From positions 1 through 38,246 of the IMG/VR virus record IMGVR_UViG_3300038315_000884: 38,246 nucleotides of DNA; one strand, given 5' to 3'. The notes under the pieces were generated by a model, which did no database searches, was not told where the DNA came from, and saw only the letters and a list, made by a program, of their open reading frames with translations. The stretch is from a virus. Lineage: Duplodnaviria; Caudoviricetes. Position numbers and translations under genes: made by a program. Shown one piece after another: positions 25,849 through 35,222 of the stretch (position 1 is its first letter; each line of letters starts with the position of its first letter).

Positions 25849-26186
25849 TGAGGCGACTACTTAGCCGCGACCTCTTCTCGGGGGTTTCGGAAATAGCCCA
25901 CATTGACGAGTCGAGCGGGCGAGTGGTGGTGGAAAGCGTCCAAGACGTACAGGCTGTTATAGACCGTAATAAGTCTCTTGCCTCCGAGAGCGACGGCTAT
26001 ACAGCCGACCGGACGATGCGCCACGAGGCGTCCATTCCCCCTAATATCTATGTGTTGTGGCTAACCGAGGGGATGCCTCACGGCGGTCGTGAGCAGTTGG
26101 AATTCATCGACAAGAAACTAGCCGACCCCAACTGGGCGCATCTGTCGGTACACAAGAAGTCAACCAGAGTGGGGTGGATTAAGTAA
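25848..26186 (+). CDS. Conserved head-tail region protein
   Basis: QDVQAVIDRNK...MRHEASIP...W...KLADPNW. Confidence 0.75.
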   Translation: MRRLLSRDLFSGVSEIAHIDESSGRVVVESVQDVQAVIDRNKSLASESDGYTADRTMRHEASIPPNIYVLWLTEGMPHGGREQLEFIDKKLADPNWAHLSVHKKSTRVGWIK

Positions 26187-27142
26187 TGGCTGAAATCACA
26201 ACCTACGGGACTCTCCAGGACGCCATTGGTGATACGCTTAATAGAAGCGAATACAAAAATGCCGGGGCTGATGTGGCTGACACCAAGGGGTGGATTGCTT
26301 TGGCCGAGGACACGATAGCCCGTGACGAGCGTATCCGGGTCAGGGAGATGGAGCATACGCTGGACCTGTATGTCACGGCTACAATTAACATCAGCGACGA
26401 TGATGTGGCCGGTACTGCCAATGCCATTACGTTAACCCCCGATACGGCTGCAACGGCTTATACGGCAGGGGACAGCTATTCGTTTAAAGCCACAAACACA
26501 AATACTGCCGCTACCACGGTGGATATATCCGGTTTGGGCACGAAAAGCATTGTGGACGAGGACGGCAGCACGGCCCTGGAAGCTGGGGCCATTGTCGATA
26601 ACGCCAACTATCATATCTACTACGACGGCACTTCCTTCCTGCTTATTCCTCGCGGCTCAGTCCCGCTTCCCTCCCGTTTTTTAGCTGCCAGAAACCTGTA
26701 TCTGGACACCAACCCTGTGCGTGTACTTGAGTATATGGCCCCCCATCAGTTTTGGCAGATCAAGGCGAGCAACACCACTGGTCGTCCGGTGGCTTATACC
26801 ATTACGGGGGAGAGGCTTATTCTCGGCCCGGCGAGTGACGCTACTCGGCAGATCAAGATGAATTACTACCGCCGTAATGCTGCGTTGTCGGCAGACAGCG
26901 ACACCAACTGGATCATTGACGATGCGTCCATGCTGCTACTGTCGGCAAGCATGATAGAGGCGGTGATGTTTTTGCGGAATGACAGCGCAGTGCTGAAGTG
27001 GGCGGCACGGTATGACGATATGGCCGATAGAATTAAACAGGCGAATAAGAAGGACAGGTTTAGCGGTGCACCGCTGGTGAGCAGGTCGGATAGTATTATC
27101 GAAGGGAGCCGAGCAGCAGGGTCGAGAAGGCTGCGGACGTAA
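26186..27142 (+). CDS. Head-tail adaptor protein with an inserted fibre-like domain
   Basis: ITTYGTLQ.AI...LNR...IALAE..I.R..RVREME N-terminus and LP..FL...GRP..YTI.G...LL.ASM.EA..FL.ND C-terminus, with an insertion of about 85 aa. Confidence 0.75.
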   Translation: MAEITTYGTLQDAIGDTLNRSEYKNAGADVADTKGWIALAEDTIARDERIRVREMEHTLDLYVTATINISDDDVAGTANAITLTPDTAATAYTAGDSYSFKATNTNTAATTVDISGLGTKSIVDEDGSTALEAGAIVDNANYHIYYDGTSFLLIPRGSVPLPSRFLAARNLYLDTNPVRVLEYMAPHQFWQIKASNTTGRPVAYTITGERLILGPASDATRQIKMNYYRRNAALSADSDTNWIIDDASMLLLSASMIEAVMFLRNDSAVLKWAARYDDMADRIKQANKKDRFSGAPLVSRSDSIIEGSRAAGSRRLRT

Positions 27143-27723
27143 TGGCCGACCTGTTTGACAGGGCAATGAAGGTAGGGCAGGGTATTGCTGGGCCTGCGTG
27201 GAAGCCGCTTATGAGTGCTGCGAGCATGTTTGACCCTCAACCGATCCATGATGCTGTGGAGCAAGCACGACGGCAGTTTATGAGTGGGCAGGGGGCTTTA
27301 GGGGCATTAACTGCTGCTGGTGTTGGCTTGGGTATGACCCCGATTGGGCGGGGTTTGAAGTTTCGGCTAAATCATTCCCGCTCTATTAGCGCCCTTCGTG
27401 GCGATAAGGAGGTGGGGCGGGTTTCTTTGGCTGACGACGGTCCTTATATTGGCAGCATTTCTGTCGTGCCAAAGTTTAGGGGGCAAGGGGTGGCAAAGGA
27501 GCTTTATGAGCAAATTGAAAAACTGGCAGGCGAGCAATTAATACCCTCGCCAATGGGGCTAACGGATAGAGCTAAACAGATATGGAAAAAGAGGTTGGCT
27601 GCAATGAAACCGTCAGAGGCAAAACGACTAGTCAGTCGATCATTTGAGATAGGACGACAGAAGGGGGTTAAGGAGGAGTGGCTTGAAGATTGGTTGGGTG
27701 GATTACTTGGTGATGTAAAATAG
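27142..27723 (+). CDS. GNAT-like acetyltransferase domain protein
   Basis: IGSISVVPKFRGQGVAKELY acetyl-CoA-binding motif A. Confidence 0.7.
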   Translation: MADLFDRAMKVGQGIAGPAWKPLMSAASMFDPQPIHDAVEQARRQFMSGQGALGALTAAGVGLGMTPIGRGLKFRLNHSRSISALRGDKEVGRVSLADDGPYIGSISVVPKFRGQGVAKELYEQIEKLAGEQLIPSPMGLTDRAKQIWKKRLAAMKPSEAKRLVSRSFEIGRQKGVKEEWLEDWLGGLLGDVK

Positions 27724-27744
27724 CGCGTGTGCTTGAATCCTTGT

Positions 27745-28026
27745 TTATGCCTTATGGTCATCTGGGTTTGTAAACGGACATTCTGACTTGATTTCTTCGC
27801 CCAAGATTAATTCTCGGTGTGCTAAATCAACAGACCGGTTGATTGCCTCTTCAATTGTGTCAGCATCGACTCGATATCTGACAGCGTTGCTTCCTTCAGC
27901 GCAAACAACTGCTGTCGGGCATGTTGGCTCTGTCAGAGTGTGGTGGACCGTTAGCGTCCAGTCATCTCCAGTCTTGTCGTAAAGCTCGCCAAGCGCCTCG
28001 ATCTTTTCGTGGTTTATTTCTGTCAT
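27745..28026 (-). CDS. Hypothetical protein, opposite-strand moron
   Basis: 93 aa ORF with GAGGG RBS, inserted antisense in the tail operon. Confidence 0.65.
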   Translation of the reverse strand: MTEINHEKIEALGELYDKTGDDWTLTVHHTLTEPTCPTAVVCAEGSNAVRYRVDADTIEEAINRSVDLAHRELILGEEIKSECPFTNPDDHKA

Positions 28027-28099
28027 TGTCTAGCCCTCGTTTATGCACCTCATTTCGTACTAAGTCTCGCATACAAAGTTTAGGCTGTAAAGGAAAATA

Positions 28100-29653
28100 A
28101 TGGCACTTGTCGCCACGCTAACACAGCGGTTTCAGGCTATACAGGATAGTATGCAGCCGGAAAGTCGTCAGCCGGGCATGGTGCCGTTTGGCGAGTATCT
28201 GCCGGATCAGGCCGACTTTAACAACCCCGGCTGTACTGACGCTCTAGGGGTGCTGCCGGACATCAACGGTTTCAGGCCATTCAAGGACTTGACTGTAACT
28301 AGTGACGCTTTGAGCGCCCGTGCAAGGGGGCTTGGTGCAGCGTCCGACACCGGGGGTGCTGTCAGTATCTACGCAGGCGACCAGGATAAACTATACCATC
28401 TTATCAGAAATGGCTGGGTGGATATCAGCAAGTCGGGTGGGTATTCGGGTACAAGTACAAGCGACAGCGAGTGGCAGATGGAAGCCTTCGGGCAGACCTT
28501 CATAGCCACCAACTTCGACGATCCAGTGCAAAGCATAGCTATCGGCGGGACGGTATTTGCGGACCTGATCGACAGCGCGGACACGCCCAAGGCCAGACAT
28601 CTCGGCGTGGTCAGGGAGTTTGTTGTCTTGGGCAATACCAGCGATGGTACGGACGGCATTAAGCCGGAAAGGGTGTGGTGGTCGGGCATTAATGATGCGA
28701 CGGACTTTACACCTGCTGCGAGTACGCAGTGCGACTTTCAGGATATTCCCGAGGGCGGTTGGGTCATGCGTATCGTGGGGGGTGTCGAGTATGGGTTGAT
28801 ATTCCAGGAGCGGCGTATCAGCCGGATGACCTATGTCGGCAGCCCACTAGTATTCAGAATAGACGCTATCGACAGAAAGCGCGGCACGCCCATTTCGGGG
28901 TCAGTGATAGGCCACGGCAGAAATGTCTTCTTTATCTCCGAAGAAGGGTTTATGGTAACGAATGGACAAAATACCACTCCCATTGGTGACAACCGAGTCG
29001 ACCGCTTCTTTTGGGACCAATTCGACACCCAGTATATCTCCAGAGTATCAGCGGCTATTGACCCACTCAACAAGTTGGTTATGTGGGCGTTTCCCGGCAC
29101 GGGCAATAGTGCAGGCACCCCGAATAAGATACTCATCTACTCCTGGGGCACCAACAGATGGAGCCGGGTAGACAAGGACTTGGAGATACTGGGGCGCAGT
29201 GTTGACCCCGGCTACACGTTGGATGGACTGGATGATGTCAGCACGGACCTGGATGCTCTTGCCTTTTCGCTTGATAGCCGCGCTTGGACTGGAGGCGATT
29301 TTCAGTTGGCAGCTTTCGATACATCGCATAAATACGGCACGTTTGTTGGCTCAAACCTCGCCGCTGTCATCGAAACAAGTGAGTTTGAGCAGGAAGGGCA
29401 AAACAGCCAGATCGACAGAGTACGACCACTCGTAGACGGCACCTCTGCTACGATAACTGCTGCTTTAGCCACACGGGATACGCAGAATGAGCAAAGCTCC
29501 TTTGGCACGGCTATTGATGACGAGGCCAACGGTGATGTGTCGGTATCCAGTGAGGGCAGGTACCACAAGGTACAGGTTAACATAGCCGCAGGAGGTACGT
29601 GGACACGCGCCCAAGGGGTACAGGTATTTAGCACCGTCACCGGCTTTGTCTGA
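28100..29653 (+). CDS. Tail nozzle/stabilisation protein (P22 gp10-like position)
   Basis: PFGEYLPDQ...VWWSGIND...Q.DFQDIP.GG...IG..RVDRFF; beta-propeller-like repeats; follows the adaptor. Confidence 0.8.
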   Translation: MALVATLTQRFQAIQDSMQPESRQPGMVPFGEYLPDQADFNNPGCTDALGVLPDINGFRPFKDLTVTSDALSARARGLGAASDTGGAVSIYAGDQDKLYHLIRNGWVDISKSGGYSGTSTSDSEWQMEAFGQTFIATNFDDPVQSIAIGGTVFADLIDSADTPKARHLGVVREFVVLGNTSDGTDGIKPERVWWSGINDATDFTPAASTQCDFQDIPEGGWVMRIVGGVEYGLIFQERRISRMTYVGSPLVFRIDAIDRKRGTPISGSVIGHGRNVFFISEEGFMVTNGQNTTPIGDNRVDRFFWDQFDTQYISRVSAAIDPLNKLVMWAFPGTGNSAGTPNKILIYSWGTNRWSRVDKDLEILGRSVDPGYTLDGLDDVSTDLDALAFSLDSRAWTGGDFQLAAFDTSHKYGTFVGSNLAAVIETSEFEQEGQNSQIDRVRPLVDGTSATITAALATRDTQNEQSSFGTAIDDEANGDVSVSSEGRYHKVQVNIAAGGTWTRAQGVQVFSTVTGFV

Positions 29654-30036
29654 TGGCTATATCATCTCCTCGTAAGGACAAAGAGCAATTCACCACCCCG
29701 CCGCTATACTATGAGCGTGGCGAAGACCCGGACGACCCCGGGGCCGAGCATCGCCGCCTGCTTGCGGAAGCGGTCATGGAGGTGATGAATGGCAAGATCA
29801 ACTCCACCGGCAGCTTTACCCTGACGGCTGATGTCACCACAACCACCTTAACCGATGCGCGGATAGGGAGGAATACGGTAGTCCAGTATTTCCCAATTAC
29901 GGCCAATGCTTCTGCTGAGATAGGAGCGGGTACAATTTACCAAACCCATCCGAATGCAGCGCAGGAGAAGGCTGTTATTAACCACGCGGACAATAGTCAG
30001 TCAGATCGCGATTATGTTTTTGTGCTCTTAGGCTGA
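29653..30036 (+). CDS. Small tail-associated structural protein
   Basis: GKINSTGSFTL...TTTLTDARIG..T...PITANA motif seen in this podovirus tail block. Confidence 0.7.
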   Translation: MAISSPRKDKEQFTTPPLYYERGEDPDDPGAEHRRLLAEAVMEVMNGKINSTGSFTLTADVTTTTLTDARIGRNTVVQYFPITANASAEIGAGTIYQTHPNAAQEKAVINHADNSQSDRDYVFVLLG

Positions 30037-30662
30037 GACTTTAAATATGGGCGGAGGTTGGGGGTAGAAAGGGCCTTATCGTAGGGCCACTTTTCTAGCC
30101 TTTCGCGTAGAGTGCCAATGTTAATACCAAGGTGGTCAGCCCATTCTGTAAGGTTTCTGGTTTTGTTGTCAAATGTTAAATATATGGGATTGCTAGAGTT
30201 TTGCGATTGCTCCTTTGGAGTCGCCCAGCGGCAGTTGTCCTTACGATAGCCTTCATCGTTTTTGATTCGATCTATGGTGTGCTTAGAAGTGGTTGGATGT
30301 CCCATATCTTCAAAAAAGTTTTGGAATGTTTGCCATTCTTCACAAACAAAAATACCCCTGCCGCCATATTGGGGAAAAGCTGGACTGAGGGGGTTTAAGC
30401 AGCGAGCCTTCATTCCACTCCAGATATTGTAAACACGAGTTTCTGTCATTCCGTGTGTGGTACGGAGTTTCTTGCCAACAATTTTGCGAAGACAACCGCA
30501 CGATTTAGTTACGCCCATCTTTAATCTGGTGGCTCTAACTTTCGTGAGGTTGCCGCAATCGCAAAGACACCTCCACATGGCTTGTCCATCTTTAGTATTG
30601 GGCAGCCGAATTTGGGCCGTTAGCATCCCAAATTTCTGGCTTCTCAAATTTGATGTTTCCAT
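30012..30662 (-). CDS. Free-standing HNH homing endonuclease
   Basis: WRCLCDCGN...SCGC...YNIWSGMKARC...YGGRGI.VCEEW...TIDRIKNDEGY...NCRWAT; AT-rich and antisense to the operon. Confidence 0.9.
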   Translation of the reverse strand: METSNLRSQKFGMLTAQIRLPNTKDGQAMWRCLCDCGNLTKVRATRLKMGVTKSCGCLRKIVGKKLRTTHGMTETRVYNIWSGMKARCLNPLSPAFPQYGGRGIFVCEEWQTFQNFFEDMGHPTTSKHTIDRIKNDEGYRKDNCRWATPKEQSQNSSNPIYLTFDNKTRNLTEWADHLGINIGTLRERLEKWPYDKALSTPNLRPYLKSQPKSTKT

Positions 30663-30687
30663 TCTAATGGTATAGCAAATAGTAAAG

Positions 30688-31095
30688 GTGTGGTCAATGG
30701 TGCTCGCAGCTACTCCTATTATCCGGTCATCGTCTGAATTTTGGGATCGTATGACGCCAATCGTTGCCCGTGCTTTAGAGAAAAACGCAACTCACAGCTT
30801 TGAAGATGTGGCACACGGTATTCGGCGCGGGTGGTATCAGTTTTTTGCCGAAGGAGACTCTTTTATGCTGGGTGAATCTATCCAACACCCCCTTTCAAAT
30901 TCTTACCAGATATGGCTGGCAGCAGGTGATCTTCAGAAATTGATGGAAATGGAGCCGCACGTTGTCGCTTGGGGGAAAGAGACAGGGCATACAAGGGCAG
31001 AAGTTGCCGGGCGCAAAGGATGGGAGCCAGCATTGAAAGACTTAGGCTACAAGCATCACACGACTGTACTGGTGAAGGACATAACGGATGGGTAA
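30688..31095 (+). CDS. GNAT-like internal virion-associated protein
   Basis: IWLAAGDL...WGKETG....AGRKGW..ALK.LGY; usual position before ejection proteins. Confidence 0.65.
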   Translation: MWSMVLAATPIIRSSSEFWDRMTPIVARALEKNATHSFEDVAHGIRRGWYQFFAEGDSFMLGESIQHPLSNSYQIWLAAGDLQKLMEMEPHVVAWGKETGHTRAEVAGRKGWEPALKDLGYKHHTTVLVKDITDG

Positions 31096-31975
31096 TGTTT
31101 TCGGCGGCGGCAGTAGCAGCCAGCCGCAACAGGTACAAACATCACGGGTGGATCAACAGCCGTGGGCACCGCAGCAGCCGCACCTGAAGAATGTATTTGG
31201 CGAGGCGGAAAACCTGTTTCGCAGCGAGATACCGCAATTCTTCCCCGGCGATACCGTAGTCCCGCAGTCGCCCGAGACACTGGGTGCATTGCAGGCCACC
31301 ACCAATAGGGCGGCACAGGGCAATGTACTCAACCCGCAGGCCCAGCAGTACACATCCGATGTGTTGGGCGGGCAATTCTTGGGCGGCAACCCCTTCTTTG
31401 GCGATGCCTTCGAGGCACAAGTCAAACCAGCAGTAAGACAATTCCAGAATGTAGTGCAGCCGGGTATCGACAGCAAGTTTGCCCAAGGTGGTAGGTTAGG
31501 TAGTGCCCTACACGGGCAGGCTAGGGGCGATGCAGACGCTACCTTTGCTGAGGCGCTGAGTGATACTGCCGGTAAGTTGGCCTTCAGCAATTACGGGCAG
31601 GAGCGGGGGATGCAGCAGCAAGCGGCAGCAGCAGCCCCGGGCATGGCCGAGTTGGACTACAACGATATCAACCGCCTAGCAGGAGTTGGTGGGGCAAGAG
31701 AGTCGTTTGCACAGGCGCAGCTTCAGTCAGAGATGGACAGATTTAATTTCGGGCAGCAGACACCATTCAATAAACTCGCGCAGTACAGTGGCTTGGTGGG
31801 CGGGCCTATTGCCGGGACCACCACCACTCAGCAGCCCATCTTCAGACAACCGGCGGCTAGTTTCCTTGGTGGTGCTGCATTGGGCGGAAGTATTGGCAAT
31901 AAGATAAACCCCGATAGCGGGTGGGGTGCTGGACTGGGCGCATTAGGCGGTGGCCTCTTAGGGCTGGGCTTCTAG
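31088..31975 (+). CDS. DNA ejection/pilot protein (P22 gp7-like role)
   Basis: MGNVFGGG start, Q/A/G-rich, PWAPQQP.L motif, glycine-zipper C-terminus. Confidence 0.7.
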   Translation: MGNVFGGGSSSQPQQVQTSRVDQQPWAPQQPHLKNVFGEAENLFRSEIPQFFPGDTVVPQSPETLGALQATTNRAAQGNVLNPQAQQYTSDVLGGQFLGGNPFFGDAFEAQVKPAVRQFQNVVQPGIDSKFAQGGRLGSALHGQARGDADATFAEALSDTAGKLAFSNYGQERGMQQQAAAAAPGMAELDYNDINRLAGVGGARESFAQAQLQSEMDRFNFGQQTPFNKLAQYSGLVGGPIAGTTTTQQPIFRQPAASFLGGAALGGSIGNKINPDSGWGAGLGALGGGLLGLGF

Positions 31976-32616
31976 TGCCCAACCTGTTTAACCAACCGTG
32001 GCGCGGTAGTTTGATGGGGCAGCAAGCCCCCGTGCCGTCGTTTGGCGGTGGTGATTGGCGGCAGGCACTACAGGTGCCTTCGGGCGAAAACTACTTTACC
32101 CCTCAACGCCCCCCGCCGCAGGCAAGCCCGTTTACACAGCCGGGGGCAGCCCCTCCGCCCACGCCACAGCAGGGGCAAGACCCGTATGCGGGCTATCATC
32201 TGCTTTATGACCGACCCTATGGCAATGTAAAGGGCACTGGCATTAAGCCGCCGATGGTGCAGCTTAACGAAGCTGATCTACCCTCGCTTCAGTACGGTAG
32301 TGTGGGACAGGTCAGGCGTGATCCGGCTTCTGGCGACGGGGTTAACTATGTCCTCCCGCCGAGCGCAGGGCACATGCCGCCGCCCAATACGGCCCAAGGC
32401 TGGGGTAATTATTTTGACCCCTTCTATGATGCTATGAGGGGCAGTCCAATGCCATTCGGCACGCCCCCGGAAGATGCCCCGTATTATCAGTGGGATGTCC
32501 ACGGGCAACTCCAACCAACCACTCAGGAATACTGGAGACACCTTTGGGAAACAGCAGGAAAGCAATTGCCTAAATTAGCCCGGCAACACCTTGAGCAAGA
32601 GCAGGTAGGCGAATAA
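31975..32616 (+). CDS. Pro/Gln-rich hypothetical protein, putative internal virion protein
   Basis: GTG start coupled to the upstream stop; lies in the ejection block. Confidence 0.5.
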   Translation: MPNLFNQPWRGSLMGQQAPVPSFGGGDWRQALQVPSGENYFTPQRPPPQASPFTQPGAAPPPTPQQGQDPYAGYHLLYDRPYGNVKGTGIKPPMVQLNEADLPSLQYGSVGQVRRDPASGDGVNYVLPPSAGHMPPPNTAQGWGNYFDPFYDAMRGSPMPFGTPPEDAPYYQWDVHGQLQPTTQEYWRHLWETAGKQLPKLARQHLEQEQVGE

Positions 32617-33464
32617 TGAGTTTATCTGAAGTTTTCCTGTTTGATCAAGACGAGGACCAGACTCCCGCGCCTGTGATGTTTGGACAGCCGTCTTCTGGCG
32701 GTCCTATGTTTAATGTGTCTCCAAGCAGTACATTATCCAAGGTCGGCTCTTTGGTGCCGGGGGGAAGTTATGCTGGCCGGTTTGCAGGTAACTTAATTGA
32801 AGGAAGAGAGCCGGGGGATGCTCTCGCCAACGTACTAGGGCTTCCAAGCCAGACTCCATTTGATGGCGGATACGTTGACACGCCGGGATATGGGTCAGGA
32901 CGATTTAACGCAAGCCGAGCAGTAGCACCACTTTCGCTGATCCACCCCGCGCTTTCGCTTCTTCAGATGGGCGGGGAGGAAATTGATATTGAAAATAGTC
33001 CCATTAACTTTCCCTGGCAGGGTGATGAAGACATTCCGGGCCTTAGTGAAGAGGGCAAGCAAGCCCAACGAGACTTAACCGGCTATAATCTTCTCGGCAA
33101 GGGATCAGCTAGAGCATCGAGCATCCCGGTATTGGGCGGGTTACTTTCCTTGCTAGGCTTAGTCCAAGGGTCGCAAGGACAGGAAAACACCCTCCTGCAA
33201 ACCTTGCATGAGGCGGGCGGACAATTCGAAGACACGGGTACCCCGAGCGGCGAATGGATACCGCCTGAAGGCGTGCCTTGGACGGGCGGTAGTGTGGATT
33301 ACGATGTCTGGGGTAACGTTGCGGGTACTCCGTGGGCTAACCCCGATACCGCTTTAGACGTTTGGGGCAATGCACTGGGTACACCTTGGGCCAACCCCGA
33401 TATCTCTGATGCTGGTGGGTTTGTTGCTCCTGATGCAGACCCAGATGTATGGGGCGATGGTTAA
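32616..33464 (+). CDS. Acidic Gly/Pro-rich protein with C-terminal DVWGN..GTPWANPD repeats
   Basis: 282 aa ORF with a tandem 18-aa repeat near 33300-33400. Confidence 0.6.
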   Translation: MSLSEVFLFDQDEDQTPAPVMFGQPSSGGPMFNVSPSSTLSKVGSLVPGGSYAGRFAGNLIEGREPGDALANVLGLPSQTPFDGGYVDTPGYGSGRFNASRAVAPLSLIHPALSLLQMGGEEIDIENSPINFPWQGDEDIPGLSEEGKQAQRDLTGYNLLGKGSARASSIPVLGGLLSLLGLVQGSQGQENTLLQTLHEAGGQFEDTGTPSGEWIPPEGVPWTGGSVDYDVWGNVAGTPWANPDTALDVWGNALGTPWANPDISDAGGFVAPDADPDVWGDG

Positions 33465-33482
33465 TGGATAAAGGACATATGA

Positions 33483-35222
33483 ATGGCTTGGCGTAATCAG
33501 TGGGTTAACCCCGATACTGGCCGCATTGCTCCCGGCAGCGGCCAACAGGGCGGCGGCTATGATGCTCTTATGCGTCTACTACCATACCTTGGCGCAGGAC
33601 TAATGCAGGCGGGCGGGCCGCACAGGTTTCAAGACTTAGGCGCACGCTCGCAGGCCATCCCACGGGCGTTGATGGGATATCAGGCCAGCGAGCGGCAACG
33701 CACGCAGGATGCCGAGCTAAAGCGGCTGCGGGATGCGCAGATGGAGTTATTGCAAGGGAAAACCGCTGCCTTGCGGGCGGCCAATGCTCCTGCCCCGTAT
33801 CCGTCCCTGCCCGGTGCTGCGGGCCAACAAAGCAGTGCTCCAGTAACTCCCCCCGATCAGTTTATGAACGCTGCTACGGCACAGGCCGCATGGAATCGAG
33901 GTGCAACAGGTGCCAATCCATCTTTAATGGCTTCAGCGCCCGCCACGGCAGGCATGCAGGGACCGGCGGTAACACCGCAAAGGTCTTATGCCACCGCAGC
34001 AGCGGCAGGGAATTTGGCGGCAGCAGGCGGGGCTATGCGTCCCCCATCTGCACAGACTCAGCCCAGTCTATCTCCTGCTGCCCAGCAATACTATAAGCAA
34101 TGGCAGATGCAATATCCTAAGAGCAGGTTTGGTTATCCGAGTTTGCCGGGAAAATTGTCGGGCGCACAACAGCAAGCCGCAGTGGCTCAATTGCGGAAGG
34201 GGCTTGATACACTTGCCTTGCGTGCCCCCAAGACCCCCAAAGCCCCAACACTGCATACTTTTCCCATGCCCGATAATAAACAACAGACACGGCAATGGAC
34301 CCCCGAAGCCGGATGGCAGCCGGTCCCAGGCACGACACAGCCTCGTTGGAAGCCGTCTGAAACTGGCGGCAAAAAGCCCACTCGCGAGCTTTCTCTTCCC
34401 AAGGGCATGGTGCAGGACCAAAGGCTAGTAAAGGGCAAGTGGGAGAATGTCGGAGAAAAATATCCCCGCTTTAAGCCGGGGGCTGAAGAAAAGGACGACT
34501 GGACGTATCTCGGGCACGTTAGGGACGAAAAGGGCAAGCATGTGGGGACCGGCTGGGCCAATAAAAAGAATAAGAAAATGGTGGTTACTACTGGGGACGG
34601 TAAGGAGATTCCGTGGGAAAAGGGCTTTAGGACTCGCTCCAAAGCCATTACCGATAGAGGTTATTTGACCGGGCAAGAATTTAAGAAGCATCTGGGCGAA
34701 ATGTCCACGGAAGCCGGGCAATTAAGGGCTATGGAGCGTTATATGGGAAGCGTTAAGAATAGCCGTGTTGGCTGGCGGAAGGTTGCTGACCAAGTTGTGG
34801 GCAAATTCAAAACTATCTTTGCTCGGCCCAAGGGGAAGGAAGAGCTTGAGGCGGCTGTTGCTAAGGGAGAGTTGCAGGGAATGATTGGTGCCCTGCGCGT
34901 CCAGACCCTAGGGGGCGGCGTTGTAACTGAATTCGACGCCCAAAGATTGTTGCTTCGCGCAGGCGGCGATGTCGGTCTTTTCCAAGACCCGGTAGTCGTT
35001 GCACGACTGCTGAGGGAGCTTTACGCTGAAAAAGCCAACTACTACAATGAAGACCTTTTGCCCATTTACAATATGCAACTTACACTCCCAGCCTATAGTC
35101 GGATGAAGGAGAGAAAAGCCTTTAAAATGGACACTAGTATATTTGAGTCTGGCGAGTCCAGCAGGGAAGAGGCGGCAAAAGCACAAAAGTTGACTATCCT
35201 TCCAGGGGGGACCGATGGCTGA
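33483..35222 (+). CDS. Putative DNA ejection (internal virion) protein
   Basis: 579 aa with low-complexity A/P/Q N-half and helical C-half (LGGGVVTEFDA); position in the ejection block. Confidence 0.65.
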   Translation: MAWRNQWVNPDTGRIAPGSGQQGGGYDALMRLLPYLGAGLMQAGGPHRFQDLGARSQAIPRALMGYQASERQRTQDAELKRLRDAQMELLQGKTAALRAANAPAPYPSLPGAAGQQSSAPVTPPDQFMNAATAQAAWNRGATGANPSLMASAPATAGMQGPAVTPQRSYATAAAAGNLAAAGGAMRPPSAQTQPSLSPAAQQYYKQWQMQYPKSRFGYPSLPGKLSGAQQQAAVAQLRKGLDTLALRAPKTPKAPTLHTFPMPDNKQQTRQWTPEAGWQPVPGTTQPRWKPSETGGKKPTRELSLPKGMVQDQRLVKGKWENVGEKYPRFKPGAEEKDDWTYLGHVRDEKGKHVGTGWANKKNKKMVVTTGDGKEIPWEKGFRTRSKAITDRGYLTGQEFKKHLGEMSTEAGQLRAMERYMGSVKNSRVGWRKVADQVVGKFKTIFARPKGKEELEAAVAKGELQGMIGALRVQTLGGGVVTEFDAQRLLLRAGGDVGLFQDPVVVARLLRELYAEKANYYNEDLLPIYNMQLTLPAYSRMKERKAFKMDTSIFESGESSREEAAKAQKLTILPGGTDG

